Source: Seison nebaliae
Taxonomy: Eukaryota
NCBI GenBank assembly: GCA_023231475.1
Contig: JALJEE010000349.1
Coordinates: forward strand, 62,001 to 126,000
DNA: 64,000 bases
Direction of reading: 5' to 3'
Of the stretch, positions 37,262 through 49,081 are shown piece after piece. Numbering within the stretch: position 1 is the first letter of the stretch; the number at the start of each line of letters is the position of its first letter. The position numbers and the translations under genes were made by a program. Below the pieces are notes generated by a model. That model had not been told where the DNA came from, made no database searches, and worked only from the letters and a program-made list of their open reading frames with translations.

Positions 37262-40200
37262 ATGACTGGTACATCTCGTGGTACACCTCGATCTAAAATG
37301 GGATCTAATCAGAATCGAATGAAAGACGACAAAGAGAATAATTTGCCAATCTCTCGCACTTCATCTACACGTTCTATGAAGTCGAGTGCTCAACCGAGAA
37401 ATCGTTCTCGAAAGCGAAAATCAACTTTACCTACAAATAAACCTCGTCAATATTCTCTTGATAATCAGAACGAGTCCTCACGAACCAAAACGACGAATAA
37501 GAGTGCACATGTCAAAAGAATATTATCGAGTGATAATCGTCGACAAGTTTCAGCGAAGAAGAGTAACGAATATCTCAAATATTTGCCTCCATCCTCAGCG
37601 AATCATGTGACAGTGACAGCGAAAAAACGTGAAAGGACAGATCATGCTAATAACGGGAAAGAAAATAAACATTCGGCAACATCGACGTCATCATCTTCTT
37701 CAATGATTCCTCCCCGACAAATGTTAGTTGATCTTCATTTCCTTTGCACATGCGATTCGTGTTAGATGTAGTCGCTTTCTCCTAACCTATAAATTCCTCA
37801 AGTTTTAAGTGAATTATGAAGAACACTCGTTCAGTTAATGAAGTTTTAGAGAATTATTTTAGAGAGCAAGTGCTCCTTTACCCCACCTTCTTTATCCCCG
37901 ATCGAAAGGATTGATCGTGATTGAGTGAGATGTTTTTTCTTTAGTGGAGAAATACCCCAATTTTTATTAGATGGTAACGTCTTCATTAGTTTGAGAGAGG
38001 TTAAGGGAGAATGAAGGAAGACATATGAGAATCGGAAACATTCAGAATCAATTACAACGTTGATATGACAACGGGAATATCTCAAAATGAATATTATTAT
38101 TTTTGACCTCATTGAGGAAAAGGACGCGATGTTATACGTATGTTATTTAGCTTCCCCGTCCCCATGAGCGATATTTATGTTATGTATGGGTAATAATGGA
38201 TGGGGTAAATTAAAATTAAAGCAATCTTATAAAAAAGGAAATGGAGATGATGGGGAGGTAAGCATCATGGAATTCCTTCTTTCTCCCCAACAATTTCTCG
38301 TAAATTTTCCTTTTTCCTTAAATCAATAGGAGAACAAACATTTTTTCGAAATAATTCCGTTTGGATATTCTATGCAAACGACATTCGACCTTTTCCAGCG
38401 TTTACAACGCGAACAAAATTTCTGGAGACGAATGAAAGAAAAGTATTAACATTCGTATCGACATTCATTCTTATGAGCATCATATAGTTCACCGAACAAC
38501 GACTGGCAGACTGATAACAAGAATGCGAGTCGTTTCAAGTTGAATCGAGTATGAATGTTTCTATTGAATTATTCCCATTTGATTGACGACCCGATGTCCC
38601 AATAAAAGAATAATGGGATCAATGTTATAAATAAACGTCTGTTCGAGAGTAGTCTCCGAATGAAGGGGAGGGCAATCGAAATAGAGCGAAATCGTAAGGG
38701 AAATGAATTAAATGTTACGAAACTTCTCCAAAATGTTAATCTGTTTAGAACGAATTTATTCGAATGAGAAGAAGAGAAACTATTCCTTCACAATTACTAA
38801 TTTCATTACAAAATCAAACTCAATCAAATAACACTCACCTTTTCAGTGTGGAATATAAAGAGTTTGTTAGTGCACTATTGATCCGTTTGAATGTAACTAC
38901 TTTTTAAGAGGACGATATTGATTAACGGATGTTTCCTTTCACTTCTTCCACTTATACTCTCCTACCTACCTCTCTTCCTCCCTCCCTTCATCCATCGGTC
39001 CAATGTCACAAACTTTACTACATTTCTTCTTTTCGATAATGGATGATTGATTAGCAGTTTAGGGCGATTAATTCCTTTATTTATTCAATGTAATTGTTTA
39101 ATCAACTTTCGATATTGAGCATCATTCCATTTCTATTCATCAATTACTATTCCTTCCCAACATTTCTTTTCTTTTATAAGAACGACAATTAATCGAATGA
39201 TTGGAAGAATTTCAAATTATTAACAAACATTCCATGTTGATGATTCAATTCGATAATTATTGTGGTTGTTGTCCTTCTTTTTGTTATTGATTTGTAATAA
39301 ATATTTTCCTAATCTAATCGACGTGGGATACGGATTTTATTGGGAAATGTTGTTAAGAAAACATTGTGCGAAATAAAATTCAATCAAAATTTTAACTTTC
39401 CCATATTGTGATATTAAAGTTTCTTCTCTTTAATTCGAAGAAAGTTGTGTTTCCATTCCTGTAGAGAACATTCGTTAAATAAAGATTATCGTTTCTACCA
39501 TACGTATCAAATCATTTCCAACTTTCCCATATTAAGCATAAATCTCTTTACATTCGATAATTGGAAGAATTAAGAAAAAAGTTTTATCAGTTGTCCAGAG
39601 AAATCGAGTAGAATTTATTCACAAATCTTCTACATCTCTACGTCCATTTATTCATTCATGAACTAACGAATCTCAATAAATCTTCTCTTGCCATGCTTAC
39701 TCAAAGGTCAATAATGTCTGAGGATATTGGACATGCCTCATCCATCCATTCATCAACACAATATATACCCGCCATCGACGATTCGACAGACAATGTTCGA
39801 GTTGTCGTTCGTGTTCGACCGTTATCCGATCGAGAAGTTGCTCTAAATCATCGTGATGTTGTCATTGCTCGTGAGCAGAATGGAGAAGAGACTAGCATCT
39901 ATGTTTATTCTTTATTTTATTTATCTCTCAACATTTGATATTTCTCATAATCAATTCAGATTAATGACGACAAGAAAAATGTTTCGTTCTGTTTCAACGC
40001 CGTTCTCGACAACAATTCGAATCAAGAAGAAGTATTTCATGTAAGTGGAATTAAACGACTCATCGACATGTCAATTAACGGGTTCATCATTCTCATCATT
40101 TTCTCTTTGATCAATATTTTATTTATTTAAATTTTTTTTAAATAATCTATTTACACCATCTCAGATATACCTGCACTTGTTTCGCTTATGGGCAAACGGG

Positions 40201-42025
40201 CAGTGGGAAAACTTATACGATAACCGGTCCGGAGAATGTAGTTAGGAAATTTCATTTCTTCTCATGGAATATATGTTGAATTAGTTCGTCCTATCACAAG
40301 AATTGAAACAAAAGACTTTCGGTCTAATTCCTCGATCATTCGTATATCTATTTAGTCGATTACGGGAATATCCCGAATCTACTTTTTATATACGTGTCTC
40401 CTATTGTGAAATTTACAATGAACAAGTTTTAATTCTCTTTCGATTGATGGTGAAATTTTAAATATTGTTCGACAGATAAGAGATCTAATTAGTCCAAATA
40501 AATCACATCCACTTGCCATCAGATGGTCGAGGAAAGAAGGCTTCTACGTCGACAATCTATTTCATACCTACATCGAAAGTTTAGACGATCTGCTTGCAAT
40601 TTTGGAAGAAGGAGCTTCAAATCGTGTGACTGCTGGTCACGAATTGAATCAACATTCGAGTCGTAGTCATGCCATTCTCTCGCTCAGTATCGAAAATGAA
40701 ACTCCACATCCTGAAGACCGTTCCAAATATTATATGAAGAAGGGTAAATTGGTTTTTGTCGATTTGGCAGGTTCAATCGATTTCACTTCTCTCATAACAA
40801 TTCTTCTTAAACTTTCCTCTCTTTCATATAAATTAGGTAGTGAGAAGGTGAAGATAAGTGGTTCGAGTGGAATTCATTTGACTGAGACGAATAATATTAA
40901 TAAAAGTCTCTTGACGTTAGGTAATTGTATTAGTGCATTGAGCGATCCGAAACAAAAGGACAAACATATTCCTTATCGCGACAGCAAACTAACGAAACTG
41001 TTATCTCAATCTCTCGGTGGTAATGGAGTTGCATTGATGATAGCTTGTATCTCACCCGCCAATTCCTGCAGTTCCGAATCGATTAGCACATTGCGCTATG
41101 CACTTCGTGCTCGATGTATCAAAAATAATCCTATTGTAAGAATGGTCTTCATATTTTTTTATTTTACCGTTTTTTCATCAATTCCATTTTTTCAGGATAC
41201 GAAAGAAACTGTAATTCTTAGTCTCAAAATGGAAATTAAACAGTTGAAGAGAGAAAATGATTTCCTTCGTAAAGAACTGGGAATTCCAGGTGACAATGCA
41301 ACATATGCATCATGTTTCAACTTCATCTTATTTTGTCTTGTACATCTCATCAATTTTAGCCGTGTCCACTTTACCCAAACCGAAAAAGGGCCAAACTTCG
41401 GAAGAGTTATATGATATGCTACAGAAATATATTAAAGAGAATAATGATCTGAGGTTGAGACATTTAAAAATACTGTTTATTTAATTTCACTGTCAATTAG
41501 AAATGAAAGAGAAACCATCATTCAAGATAGTGAGAAGACGAGGAAGGAATATGATCGTATTTCACGTGAGAATCAAATGTTAATCAATCGACTGGAGAAA
41601 TTAGTTCAGACAGCCGAACAATCTCAATATTCAACATCGAATGACGATCTCAGGGTTTTATTCTATTTCATATTATTTATAATTAATAACTTAATAAATG
41701 TTTTTAAGAGTTATGAAGATGAACCGGTAGAGAATCGACGAAAACCGTTAGGAAGTCGAACACCGAAGAAGAAATCGGCAACAAAAACGACAATGAGACG
41801 AACGACAATAAAGAATACGCAAAGCTCGAATAGTACTGCTTCATCGTCTTTCACCAGAAACGGTAATTATACTCGACGAGGTTCTTTCTCATCTCACTTT
41901 TCTTTCCTTAAATTTCCACTTAACTCGTAGCGAATGTTCAGCGTCATCAATTGGAGAATGATTTATCTTCATTGGATAATCAAATAAAACAGATGTCCCG
42001 ATTGAATAACTCATCTCGGTATTAG
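37262..42025 (+). CDS. KIF12: Kinesin motor protein, KIF12 (kinesin-16)-like, ~11 introns
   Basis: VRVVVRVRPL, YGQTGSGKTYTITGP, IRWSRKEGFYVDNLF, SSRSH, DLAGSE, HIPYRDSKLTKLL and a short coiled coil. The basic first exon (37262-37722) joins in phase across a ~2 kb intron and is less certain. Confidence 0.85.
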
Positions 42026-42396
42026 AAGTATTCTTTTAGAAAGGATAATACGCAAACGAAATGGATAAAGAGTTGAATTAAACAAAAAATTCATAATAAA
42101 TTCCAATTTTGAGACTATCTACTAATTCTTATATACTTTTTTATTCTAAATAAATTTGAATTGTAATCAAATTTTTTTTGGTGTTCCATATGACGGGGTC
42201 GTGTGTCGTCACAGAACGGGAAATAATAGAAATTTTCTATTTTATGGAAAATTCGAAGGGAGCAGAGTTAAACGTATCATATTTGAAATGAAAAACTTCA
42301 ATCGAAATTACTTTAGTCAAAAATTATAATTTATTCTCTTTTGTTTCCGTTCTTATCGTCGAAATTTGTTTTTTTTAGTTCGATTAATAGTTGGAA

Positions 42397-42921
42397 ATGA
42401 GTCCAGGAATCAACAGACGTACCAAACAAAGAAATCCGAAGAAAGGTAATAAAGCGGCAAAGAATAATACAACATCCGACGGTCTCACACCAGAACAGAT
42501 CGCCGAATTCAAGGAAGCCTTCGCACTCTTCGACAAAGATGGCGACGGAAATATCACAACGAAAGAACTTGGCACCGTCATGAGATCGTTGGGACAGAAT
42601 CCGACCGAGGGAGAATTACAAGACATGATCAATGAGGTGGATTCGGATGGAAATGGGAGAATTGAATTTCCTGAATTTCTCCAAATGATGGCGAGAAAGA
42701 TGAAGGATCAGGATTCAGAACAAGAGATTCGAGAAGCTTTCCGCGTTTTCGATAAAGATGGAAACGGTTTTATATCAGCTGCCGAATTGAGACATGTCAT
42801 GACTCATTTAGGAGAGAAGTTGACAGACGCCGAAGTTGAGGAGATGATTCGTGAAGCTGATATTGATGGTGATGGTCAAGTGAATTACGAAGAGTTTGTG
42901 AAAATGATGACATCGAAATAA
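42397..42921 (+). CDS. CaM: Calmodulin with a ~25-aa basic N-terminal extension, intronless CDS
   Basis: [13 protein letters not shown]... with four EF hands ([48 protein letters not shown]). The only upstream in-frame ATG is at 42397. Confidence 0.95.
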   Translation: MSPGINRRTKQRNPKKGNKAAKNNTTSDGLTPEQIAEFKEAFALFDKDGDGNITTKELGTVMRSLGQNPTEGELQDMINEVDSDGNGRIEFPEFLQMMARKMKDQDSEQEIREAFRVFDKDGNGFISAAELRHVMTHLGEKLTDAEVEEMIREADIDGDGQVNYEEFVKMMTSK

Positions 42922-43405
42922 TCAGATATTGTTGAGACATTTTCTTTTTGAATTTGAGGTGAACTTGTATCAGGAACTTATCAGAAATAAAGCAGATAGT
43001 TTTCTTTGTCAACTAATAAATGTTCCTAGGAAGTGAATTGATGGAATGATGACACATGACAATTCCATTGGAAAGATTAGGAATCATGAGTGAGAATTTA
43101 GTTAAAATCAATGACATTGATCATCGTCAATTATAAATGGTGTACGTGAAGGTCTTTTCTGTCAGATAGCAATAACTTCTTATTTTTCTTTCCTTCCCCA
43201 CTAATCTCCAACAAATACTATGTCTATTGACATTGTGACAATTTGACGATTGAACCATATCGGAGAACGTTCATCTCATGATTATTCTCCAGTCTTCCGT
43301 ATAAGTACCGACCAGGAAAATTGTCAAATTAACAATAGTCTTATTTTTATCTTTAAAATTTATTTTAAAAAAAAATTTTTTTTTTGATTTGGAAAATTCT
43401 CAAAT

Positions 43406-44037
43406 ATGATTTGGTCATCTTTTCTGATGTTCTTGGGAGTGATCACATCGATCGAATGTGGATTACCCAGAAATTATAATTGGCAATTGAATAATGGTGG
43501 ATCGAACGGTGGTCCATGTGACATGAGAACAAATAGAAATTGTCAATTTTCACAATATCAACCACAAATTCAATTCCCTCAACCATCATCAATTCAATTC
43601 CCACAAGCTTCTTCCATTCAATTTCCTCAAGCGTCTTCCATTCAATTCCCACAACCTGTCCAATATCCTCAACCCACATACAACAACAACAATAATAATA
43701 ACGGTGGTGGTTGTTCATCATCGAATTGTGTTGGTGGACGTTGTGCCAATTTCCAAGGTCAATCTACATGTCAATGTACGAATAATTGTCCAAGTTTCAT
43801 TAATTTTCTGTTGCAATTAATTTATCAATAATTCGAATAGTTCCCAATCCTTGTATCGATACATTGGCAACGAATCGTTACAATTATCCATATCCTGGTG
43901 ACGGTACGAAATATATTCAATGTGATGGTATTCCAGGATCGTATTGGATCCGTTCATGTGGATATGATCGAGTGTTCGACCCTAGAATCGGTAGTTGCAA
44001 CTACAAACCTGGTGGTGGATATGTTTATGGAAAATAA
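43406..44037 (+). CDS. Secreted protein: signal peptide, IQFPQ repeats, EGF-like module and a chitin-binding (peritrophin/CBM14)-like C-terminal module
   Basis: Hydrophobic N-terminus. An intron at 43794-43840 joins to PNPCIDTLATNRYNYPYPGDGTKYIQCDGIPGSYWIRSCGYDRVFDPRIGSCNYK...GK*. Confidence 0.75.
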
Positions 44038-44090
44038 AGAATTCCATACGGAAAATAAAGAAGAATTGAATTTTATAAGAATAATTAGAT

Positions 44091-44946
44091 TTAATCACAA
44101 CAATCCTCTAGTGATTGGACGACATTTTTATTTCTCTTTTGATAATCGATACAATCTTCTTTCACCGCACATCGATCACAGAGAGGATTTTTTGCTTTAC
44201 AAATCTGCTGCCCGAAACCCACGAGTAATTTATTAGTTTCATTCCATTTATCTCTATATAAAATGTTTGTGGAATTTATTTGAAAAAAATGAAATTTCTT
44301 AACTTGGGAAGCCATGATTCGAGTTGTCGTCGAATTATTTCCGGATTTTTACTCTTTTTCGACCATCCTAATCGCTCACTGATGCGATGGACATGAACAT
44401 CAACTCCGATTCCCAAGTTCTTCTCCCAAGCGACATGCATACAAATATATGCCATCTTTGGACCGATGCCTGGTAGAGAACATAAATCTTTCACAGTATT
44501 CGGAATATCTCCCTCATATTTCTCTAAGAGTATATGAGAAATTCTTAAAAGATATTCACTTTTTTTCTGAAATTTTCAATCATACAAATAAAGAGGAGAA
44601 TAATCGAACTGAATGGAATCCTACCGGTTTTATCACTTCCATCAATTTTGCTTTCGTCTGTTTTCTCATGTTCTCCGGAGTCAATCCCAAATCCGTTAGA
44701 CGGGTCATTGCACCAGCCGTCACTTCATCTTTCGTCTGAGACGATAACATCAACGAAACTAGACAATGGAATCGTCGTAACTGAAGAAATGAGATTTGGA
44801 AAAGAAAATTGTTCAAATTGAACTTTCGGATCAGGATTATCAGATAATCGTTCACATCCCATCACATCGACTGGTGCATTTCTCTCCTTTCTCATTTCCA
44901 CAATGGATTTATACACTTTCTCCCAATTCTTTGGCGATTTACTCAT
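44091..44946 (-). CDS. NTHL1: Endonuclease III-like DNA glycosylase/AP lyase, 3 introns
   Basis: APVDVMGCE, LMLSSQTKDEVT, HhH motif LPGIGPKMA, GIGVDVHVHRI, LLVGFGQQIC and the 4Fe-4S motif C-x6-C-x2-C-x5-C. Confidence 0.96.
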
Positions 44947-45149
44947 TTTCCTTCTAATCACAACAAACTATTTCGAATGAGTCCACAATAAAATCAAAAA
45001 GATACAACAAAAAAGTCAGATAAGAGGAGAATGAGATTAATTCGAAAATTTAGTCGAAATCATTCAAGAAACATCTCTTTCTCTTCTCAACTTGTGAATT
45101 GAGAAATTGTTAATTTTAAATAAATTATGAGGATTGGAAGAAGATTTTT

Positions 45150-46211
45150 TCATTTATCATTCAATTCTCGAGGTGGATTCAAATCGAAACTATTTTTCGC
45201 TTTATCAACAGTAGGAATATAGGGAGCTCGAATATCGCCCATAATTATTCGTTGAATTGGATAACGAGCGAAATAGAGATGATCAAAAATTTGATAAACA
45301 TTTTTTATTCCTAAACGTTCCGTCGGCTCTTTAGTGAGAAGTGCTCGAGTGATATTTCTCGCTCCACAACTCATATATTTGGGAGGATGAATTCGACCTT
45401 TGTCAATATTAGTTAACGTTTTTGTTGTATCTTTCGAATAGAAGGGAGTACAACCTTCGATCCACGTATAATAAATAATTCCGACTTGCCACCAATCGGC
45501 AGCAAAAGAATAACCATCACCACGAACCATTTCTGGTGAACGATAATCGATAGCGTGTATTTCTGTATATGTGATAAATGGTTCATCTTCGAATACGTGA
45601 GAATGTGAGAAATCGAAGATTTTCATATATCCATTAGGTCCGATCATACAATTGTAGAGATTCCATCCTCGATAAAGAACATGACAACGATGCAAATAGT
45701 CAGTGATATAAACGATTTGTACGAGATAAAATTTAGCTGCATATTCTGTCAATCGACCATTCGTCATAAGAATGTCAGCGATATTAACGTACATTTCGAA
45801 AGGATAGAGAATATAAAGGAAACGATCATCAGCAAAATATCCATTCACTTTCGCTATCGATGGTAAATCGAAAGTTCTCAATAATCGGACATTCATTTGA
45901 ACTTTATCTAACAAATTCGTTCGTTGCAACTTCTTCACATTGATCTTCTTCACAATAACTTTATCACCTCCCTCACATTCTGCCGCTAATGTTACTGATG
46001 TGTCACAGTTGGCGAGCGTGTAAAGGAAATGAAGTTCCTTCGCCACCGTAAATTTGACCTTGGACATTAATTTCCATTTCTTATGAAACGTTTCGACGAG
46101 GAGAGACAATCGAGCTGCATTTGATGATTGCATCGTTTTGTCCTTTCCCGGATCGTCGACGTTTCCTTCGGGCGTTGTTGGAACGATGATCATATGCGGT
46201 CGTTTCTCCAT
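45150..46211 (-). CDS. AGC-family (PKA catalytic subunit-like) protein, probable pseudokinase, intronless
   Basis: AKFYLVQIV, GYMKIFDFS, YRSPEM, GYSFAADWWQVGI, PFY, PTERLG and APYIP. The catalytic loop reads YRGWNLYN. Confidence 0.85.
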   Translation of the reverse strand: MEKRPHMIIVPTTPEGNVDDPGKDKTMQSSNAARLSLLVETFHKKWKLMSKVKFTVAKELHFLYTLANCDTSVTLAAECEGGDKVIVKKINVKKLQRTNLLDKVQMNVRLLRTFDLPSIAKVNGYFADDRFLYILYPFEMYVNIADILMTNGRLTEYAAKFYLVQIVYITDYLHRCHVLYRGWNLYNCMIGPNGYMKIFDFSHSHVFEDEPFITYTEIHAIDYRSPEMVRGDGYSFAADWWQVGIIYYTWIEGCTPFYSKDTTKTLTNIDKGRIHPPKYMSCGARNITRALLTKEPTERLGIKNVYQIFDHLYFARYPIQRIIMGDIRAPYIPTVDKAKNSFDLNPPRELNDK

Positions 46212-46448
46212 TTTTCTGATGATATTTCTCTAATATGATTTCTTTGTTATGTCGTTTGTGTCGGATGACTGTGAATGAAAATTTTGAAGAATGGAAATGG
46301 AACGAAAAAGAAAAAAAATGAATTTTAAATTAAGTCAATTCTCATTTCATAATGTCTCTCCCCGTTGTTTGAATATGTCAATCTCTCATTGGGAGAACTG
46401 AAAATCTTCTAAATTCATTAAACGTCTTTTACTCAACACAACAAAAAA

Positions 46449-47012
46449 ATGATAAATCTGATAAATTCGACAACTTCAATTTCATCTTTCGATAATTCAT
46501 CCCATATTCTCATCAACATCAACAACAACACATTGTTTGATTCACTTCCGGTTGAGGATGAAATTAATAAAATTTCATTTGTTACCAATTCGTCCATAAC
46601 ACATTCTTCTCCTCCTCATTCTTCAATCAACATTTCACGGACTCATTTTGATAATAGAAGTATGACAAAAGATCGTTTAATCGGAATTCCTACAAACATT
46701 CGAGGTTATCATTCGATTCCATCGTCCATTGTCATGATATTATTTCCAGATTTGTGTTCAACGCCAATATTTCTCTTCCTTATGTCAACGGTATTGATTC
46801 TCAGCTGTTTGTTAACTGTGGCCTTCTTAGCTCTTCGACATTTCCGACGACGTCTCTCACAAGAAGGAGAATTACGCAGTATGTATCGGTTGAGTTTCAT
46901 TTCACAGAATCGATTCAGAATACGCGAAGGATCATTATATGGGAAATCGAAAAGATTCACCTCCACCGCCACCCAAATCAACACACCAATTTATCACGTC
47001 ACTCAATTGTAG
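46449..47012 (+). CDS. Unknown single-pass membrane protein with a Ser/Thr/Asn-rich N-terminus
   Basis: 187-aa ORF with one long hydrophobic stretch followed by RHFRRR (positive-inside rule) and several N-x-S/T sequons upstream. Confidence 0.65.
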   Translation: MINLINSTTSISSFDNSSHILININNNTLFDSLPVEDEINKISFVTNSSITHSSPPHSSINISRTHFDNRSMTKDRLIGIPTNIRGYHSIPSSIVMILFPDLCSTPIFLFLMSTVLILSCLLTVAFLALRHFRRRLSQEGELRSMYRLSFISQNRFRIREGSLYGKSKRFTSTATQINTPIYHVTQL

Positions 47013-48533
47013 GAGGGAATGGAGGGCAGAAAGGGGAAAGAATTCGATTGAAGAGACACTTTCGTTACAACTAGTCGAATTGGGACGAATGACGAAATAA
47101 TTCTTTTAATGATTTCTTCATTCTCCATTCAATTTGCACATTCGGTTATTTCTCCTTCGTTCACTTCATATTACGTTGTCGAGGGAATAAAATGAAATTT
47201 CCCTTAATTTCTCCTCAAAAGAATCTTAATCGCTTCAAGCTATTATCGGCCACCTCTCCTCTAATTTATTCATTTTTCTCCCATCATCTCCATCGTCTTT
47301 CATATTTTCCCCTTCCGAATAATAATTCGTTCTCTTTTGTCATTACTATCATTTCTTCTGGTGGAAATATATTGAATATCTAACATTTCGTTCGACTATC
47401 TAACATCTAACCTTTCGTCCGGGGGGCAGATGGTGTAAGCTGACAAAGAAAAATATTATTCTTTCGTAGACTGCGAATTTTTGGAAAAGTTCCTTTCTGG
47501 AGAATCGACTGCGATCCGAATTGTGTGTTATAGAAGGTAAAAAAGAAGTTTCGATTGGGTTTTAGAGGAAATAATAAAATAGAGTGTGGACGTTCGTTGG
47601 GTGGAACACATATATTTCCCTGATGATATATATCACCATTCTCCTTTTCTTCCAAATATGTTCTTCTCTTCATATGTGTACAGCAGCGATTGTTGTCGGA
47701 ATTGTATGAGAAGTTCGTGTAGAAAGGAAAAATAATGATTTCATAACTAATGTTCGAAGAGGAAATTAATTGAATAATAATTGTGTGGCAATAGAGTTGA
47801 TGGGGTAGGAGGCTGATTATTTATGTGGAGAAGAGCTGTACTGCAAGTGTATGGGGCAGAAATTGGTGCTGGATGGAAGTTATTGGTAATTTATCTGTCC
47901 GTCTGTCTGTTCATGTTGGACGTGATTCACTAACGATTATACATATAATAGGATGGACAAATAGCGGAATGAATTCCTCATCTCATCGACGATTTTAGGG
48001 AGAGCGGACTGGAATCCATTTCTCATAAAAGTCTTGATGAAAGTGTAGTAGGGAATTGAGTGATGGACGATATAAAGAATATACAGATACGAGAAGAGTA
48101 AATTCCTATAACGACTTCAATCGCACATAAATAATGATCATTTACCAAATAGAAGAATGTGCTTATCGTTGCATGTTCATCACATTTTCAAAGAATGGAA
48201 TAAATTGTTTCGTATTCGTCGATTGAAAACACACGAGATACTTTTAAATTTATCTTCATTCGACTCAAATATGAATCAAATGTGAAGGCTACGACTCGTG
48301 CAATCGACGAATTAGTATTCTCTCCTCTTCTGACTCACCAGTTCTTCGTAAGTGAGACTGATCGAAGCAATAGTACTACATGCAAAGAACTAATGTAATC
48401 AAAAAGAATTACAAATCAGAATGTGTTTTTTTTGATTTCATCATATGACTACATAATATGTATACTAAATATTTATGCGTGGGTTCTCGGTGTCTTTTAT
48501 GTGTGCTTATGTGTGTGCATATGTTTATATGAT

Positions 48534-48562
48534 GTATATATATATATATATATGTGTGTATA
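48534..48562. repeat. (AT)n/(GT)n microsatellite
   Basis: gtatatatatatatatatatgtgtgtata. Confidence 0.8.
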
Positions 48563-49081
48563 TCAGTTAATAAATATTCATATGTTCATTCCGTAATAGA
48601 TATGCATTTTATGTATTGATACGATTTCTTTATCTTATTCACCATTCTATAATATGTCTGACTGATAGCTCCCCTACGAATTAATAAACATATGTTCACA
48701 TGTAACATCATGTCATTAGAAAATATAAATTATTTGCTATATGTCCATTCGTCTCTCCTCTACGTCATTATAGTCAACGTGCATTATATGTTTTCTTTTC
48801 GCTAACCAGAATCTCTCCGAAAATCATTTTGTCAGGAGTCAACGAATGATCATTAGGAGAATGACTGAACATTGTTCGGAAAGCAAATTAATTTCCGATT
48901 CAAATCAGAATTAAGATGTTTCATGTTTTTTTCCTTTCCCAAAGAGAGTCATCAGGCGTAAAAGCTGATAATATGACATGTCGACCAAAGAGGTGTAAAG
49001 CCCAAATAGAAGACAGTTAACAAACAGGATAACCTCATTGAAAAGTAGTTAAATTGAATTTTCCATAAATTCTCAACGATT

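Noticed and set aside
42183..42217. Small GC-rich hairpin or paired TGACG/CGTCA half-sites upstream of calmodulin
   Set aside because: Too short to distinguish from chance, and it does not fit tRNA, SECIS or snRNA patterns.
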